Origin: Babesia bigemina
Lineage: Eukaryota
Direction: 5' to 3'
Length of the DNA: 64,000 nucleotides
Assembly: GCF_000981445.1 (NCBI RefSeq)
Contig: NC_027217.1
Span: forward strand, 930,001 to 994,000
The notes below the pieces were generated by a model. The model was given only the letters and a program-made list of their open reading frames with translations. It was not told the origin of the DNA and searched no databases. A program made the translations under genes and the position numbers. Positions 60,992 to 64,000 of the stretch are shown one piece after another. Numbering within the stretch: position 1 is the first letter of the stretch; every line of letters starts with the position of its first letter.

Positions 60992-62008
60992 ATGGTGTAC
61001 ACTTCGTTGACTGAAGCTCCTCATAACCTCAAGGAGGGTATTGACTGGTTAATGGCTCTTAAGGGAACTAGTGACGAGAACAACTTAATGCATATGGTTG
61101 GCACAATTCACCATCTATTCTCAGATCACTCTGCTGGAAATAATCCGTTGCCGTCTCTCGATAAAATTAAGAGCATTTCTAAGGAATTTCTAGAGAAGCC
61201 GGAGCTGAGAGATAATATGTTAGTGAGAATATTGCTGAGTAGATTCTATACTCCGGCTAGTGCCGCAAATACAGGGTCTAGGCACTATTGGCATAGACAA
61301 TTTAATGAGTATGGACGCGTCGTAGGAGTCAAGGGGGCCGAACCTGAATACATCAAAGACTGCTTAAGCAATGTTATGGATGGTTTTGGGAAGCTCTTGG
61401 ATGATATCAAAACCCCTGACCAGTACGAGTCTTCTTACAGCTCAGAAGCGACGTGGGAGGCATCATGCGCAAAAAATCCTGAAGCTTGCGCTGTAGTTCT
61501 CGTGGGTATTGCCCCAATGTTGTACGCAGGTTTAATATCTTTATGGGGTACAACCGAATCTAAAACTGGAGAGTTCCACCGGTACGCGGGATCAAGGAGC
61601 TTTGGGGAGGTGCTGAGAGCCTTGGGTTACGTACAGCCTCAATGCCGCTCTGATATAAATGGCTCAGAGATATTCAAGAATTTTAAAGGGTTGGATGACG
61701 ATTTACTACATAATACGTATGATCTTGCCGGATTTGACGTTTTCTATGGATCGAAAACGCCAGTGCCTGAGAAAGCTGAACCTTCTGCAGAATCTACGTT
61801 ACGTGCAAAAGTTCGCAAGTTCTACATGGGCAGCAGGGAAGTATACGGAATACCAGGGGTTGACGTTGACATGGGTTTGGTGAATGCCTGGAATTCTAAA
61901 ACATATCATAATAAGCGTCCCAAAATCTCTACTGCTTCCGCCACAGGCAACTTCCAGTCTCCTGGTGCGCCCACAGTGGCGAACATGGACGCTGCTAGCC
62001 CATTTTAA
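60992..62008 (+). CDS. Short ves-like (VESA1 N-terminus-related) protein, copy 2
   Basis: MVYTSLTEAPHNLKEGIDWLMALKG and YESSYSSEATWEASCAKNPEACAVVLVGIAPMLYAGL. Paralogue of 24787-25773. Confidence 0.85.
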   Translation: MVYTSLTEAPHNLKEGIDWLMALKGTSDENNLMHMVGTIHHLFSDHSAGNNPLPSLDKIKSISKEFLEKPELRDNMLVRILLSRFYTPASAANTGSRHYWHRQFNEYGRVVGVKGAEPEYIKDCLSNVMDGFGKLLDDIKTPDQYESSYSSEATWEASCAKNPEACAVVLVGIAPMLYAGLISLWGTTESKTGEFHRYAGSRSFGEVLRALGYVQPQCRSDINGSEIFKNFKGLDDDLLHNTYDLAGFDVFYGSKTPVPEKAEPSAESTLRAKVRKFYMGSREVYGIPGVDVDMGLVNAWNSKTYHNKRPKISTASATGNFQSPGAPTVANMDAASPF

Positions 62009-62017
62009 TGCATATCA

Positions 62018-62583
62018 TGTTTATTCATGTAGCTAAGGACTCTTTCTTTCAATAAGTTTGTTAATTATACGTTGATGTATACTCCTCCATTGTAGTGTCT
62101 ACAGCCCATTGTCAAGATGATAACCGATCTACCTAGTAAACAACCTTGTACATATCGTATTAAAAATGTAGTCAGCGTATTAGTGGCCGAGATGTAGGAA
62201 TAACTGCTGTAACCCCGTCATCCCGGAAAGCGCTAGAAATGTTTGATACTCCATCTGGGTTTTTGAGGAGTGCAATCGCCAACGTGCCAATTGCAATTAT
62301 CAACCAAGACATTTTTCAGGGACACATAGATACACATGTCAAGTGGGAGGACCTGATGGAGATGGATTTCAACTGTAGGACTTTTCAATTTGTTGTCCTA
62401 TGTGATCAGTGACATTAAATCCAGCTAAGCTTATTGTTCCGTGAACAACCCTCTACCCCAAACCTGATGGACGCCCGCATGGATGACACCAGTGACGATC
62501 GGCAACGGACCGAGGTGGAGCCCGCAACAGGTATCAGCGTGAGGCGGTAGCCCCGCAAAACCGAAAAGCGGCCCTAGGCACGT
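62018..62583 (+). repeat. Dispersed direct repeat B, copy 2
   Basis: Near-identical to 25783-26348. Confidence 0.97.
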
Positions 62584-62797
62584 AGCCACATAGCACACTA
62601 TAAAATGAGAGAACATAATCATAATAAGTGGAGTTATTTATACATTTGAAATGACGCCATATATATTAATTAGTGCTGTGAACTTATACTGATAGTTGAG
62701 AGCACATTGCGATTAAAAAATTCTAAGCCATCAAAATTAAACTAACATGTACAATCGTCATGACTGGAAACATTATTATGTTTATGTTTAAGCTCCA

Positions 62798-63988
62798 CTA
62801 TTTTGGGGGAAGTTTGTCGGAGCAGCGCATCAGCCTGTTGCACTCTCTCTCCAATTGCAAGAAGTTGTGACCGCCGACAAAGAGCACTTCACCTTCTATC
62901 TTCAAGTCAAACATGCAACGTTTGATGCTAACGAGTTTGTCATCTAATATTTTAGTTGCGGCCTTATCCTTTGTAAATTTTATGCCTGCATTGCCCAGTT
63001 GTTTTGTGAGGTGGTCGACAAATGACGTAGCTGATACAGGCGGGAGTACGGCAGTAACCATGGATTCCTTCTCCTGTGGTATCACCAGATGTATTAACGC
63101 TGTAGGGGATTGTTTAATTTCTTCTCTGAGGTGCTGGTTGAAGTGTTGGAACTCATTTTGAACGTTCACTCTATAAACGTTCAACGGCGACCTGTAAAAA
63201 CTCTTCATTATCGAGAAAATACAGCAACGTCACAAAAATGGTACATAAATAAAGCCGCATGTATTTTGTCACGACTCGTATCGCCCCTCTGATTACTAGA
63301 GTTGAATACTAATGCAGAACGTTTGAGGACACGTGATATATAAATCAGTTACCAACGCAATACAGACTTGGCTGCATTGTGACATAAACATACGTACCCT
63401 TCAACTGCTGCGATCTCTGTCAGCAATGCGAAAAGCAGGTTTAGCCTGTTTGACTCCTCATCGTTGCTCCCCGGTCGGTAATAGACTACAATCGTGGGCT
63501 TGTTGACGTATATCAATTTGGCAAGCTCCTTCGCCGCTAACAGTTTTATTGGCGATGGAATTTCCACGACGTGAGGTATTTGCTGAACTTTCGTTATATC
63601 CTTTTCGATCCTGAAGCACGGGTATATCACAGTTAACCAGGGCTTACCTCCTTCGCCCATTGAACGCGAATAGCGTTACAAGCCCAACTGGCACGGCTAG
63701 AGCGGCAACAAATGCGATAACGGGCAACCCTAGACACTGATTGGATCCCTCTAGAGGTGACATACCTATGGATATGCCCTGATATATGCGTTCCCCTCGT
63801 GTCAGCCTCCTTCCGTCAACCAAAAGTGCACCCGAATCGCTGGGTATCACGTACTTCGACACTCCAGCCTTATTTTCGGGAATCGATACCTGGTAATTCG
63901 CATTGTGGTTCTTAGTCTGCCGCACCAGCTCCCATCTCCTTTGCGAAGCAGCAAACCTCGCGCAGACGCCAACGCGGCAAATAAACAT
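62798..63988 (-). CDS. Hypothetical protein, 3 exons, possible mitochondrial leader and one TM segment
   Basis: Three ORF pieces joined by GT-AG introns (~63611-63647, ~63192-63397). Arg-rich N-terminus and TM-like LPVIAFVAALAVPVGLVTLFAF. Confidence 0.65.
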
Positions 63989-64000
63989 CGCCTTCTGGGC

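Overview
Gene-dense eukaryotic DNA with many ~35-45 nt GT-AG introns, ves-family genes, an ApiAP2 factor and apicoplast-type enzymes. This points to a piroplasm, most likely Babesia sensu stricto (B. bigemina/B. ovata-like; an inference). Housekeeping blocks are WD40, NAP, WDR83, SF-assemblin, RWD, EXO1, NUFIP1-like, SNRNP40 and RPT4, followed by NHP2, GRX5, ApiAP2, ClpB1, SUMO protease, PyKII and GCN1. Two lineage-specific islands interrupt them (~18.6-26.9 kb and ~51-62.7 kb). Each island carries the same composite unit in direct orientation: a ~1.14 kb block holding a Cys-domain family pseudogene tail, a diverged promoter, a short ves-like gene and a ~0.5 kb near-identical 3' block. The most notable unannotated element is a canonical box C/D RNA in an unusually long clpB intron, whose guide is complementary to U5 snRNA loop 1. 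Exon boundaries were read by eye and are approximate where stated. No database searches were run.
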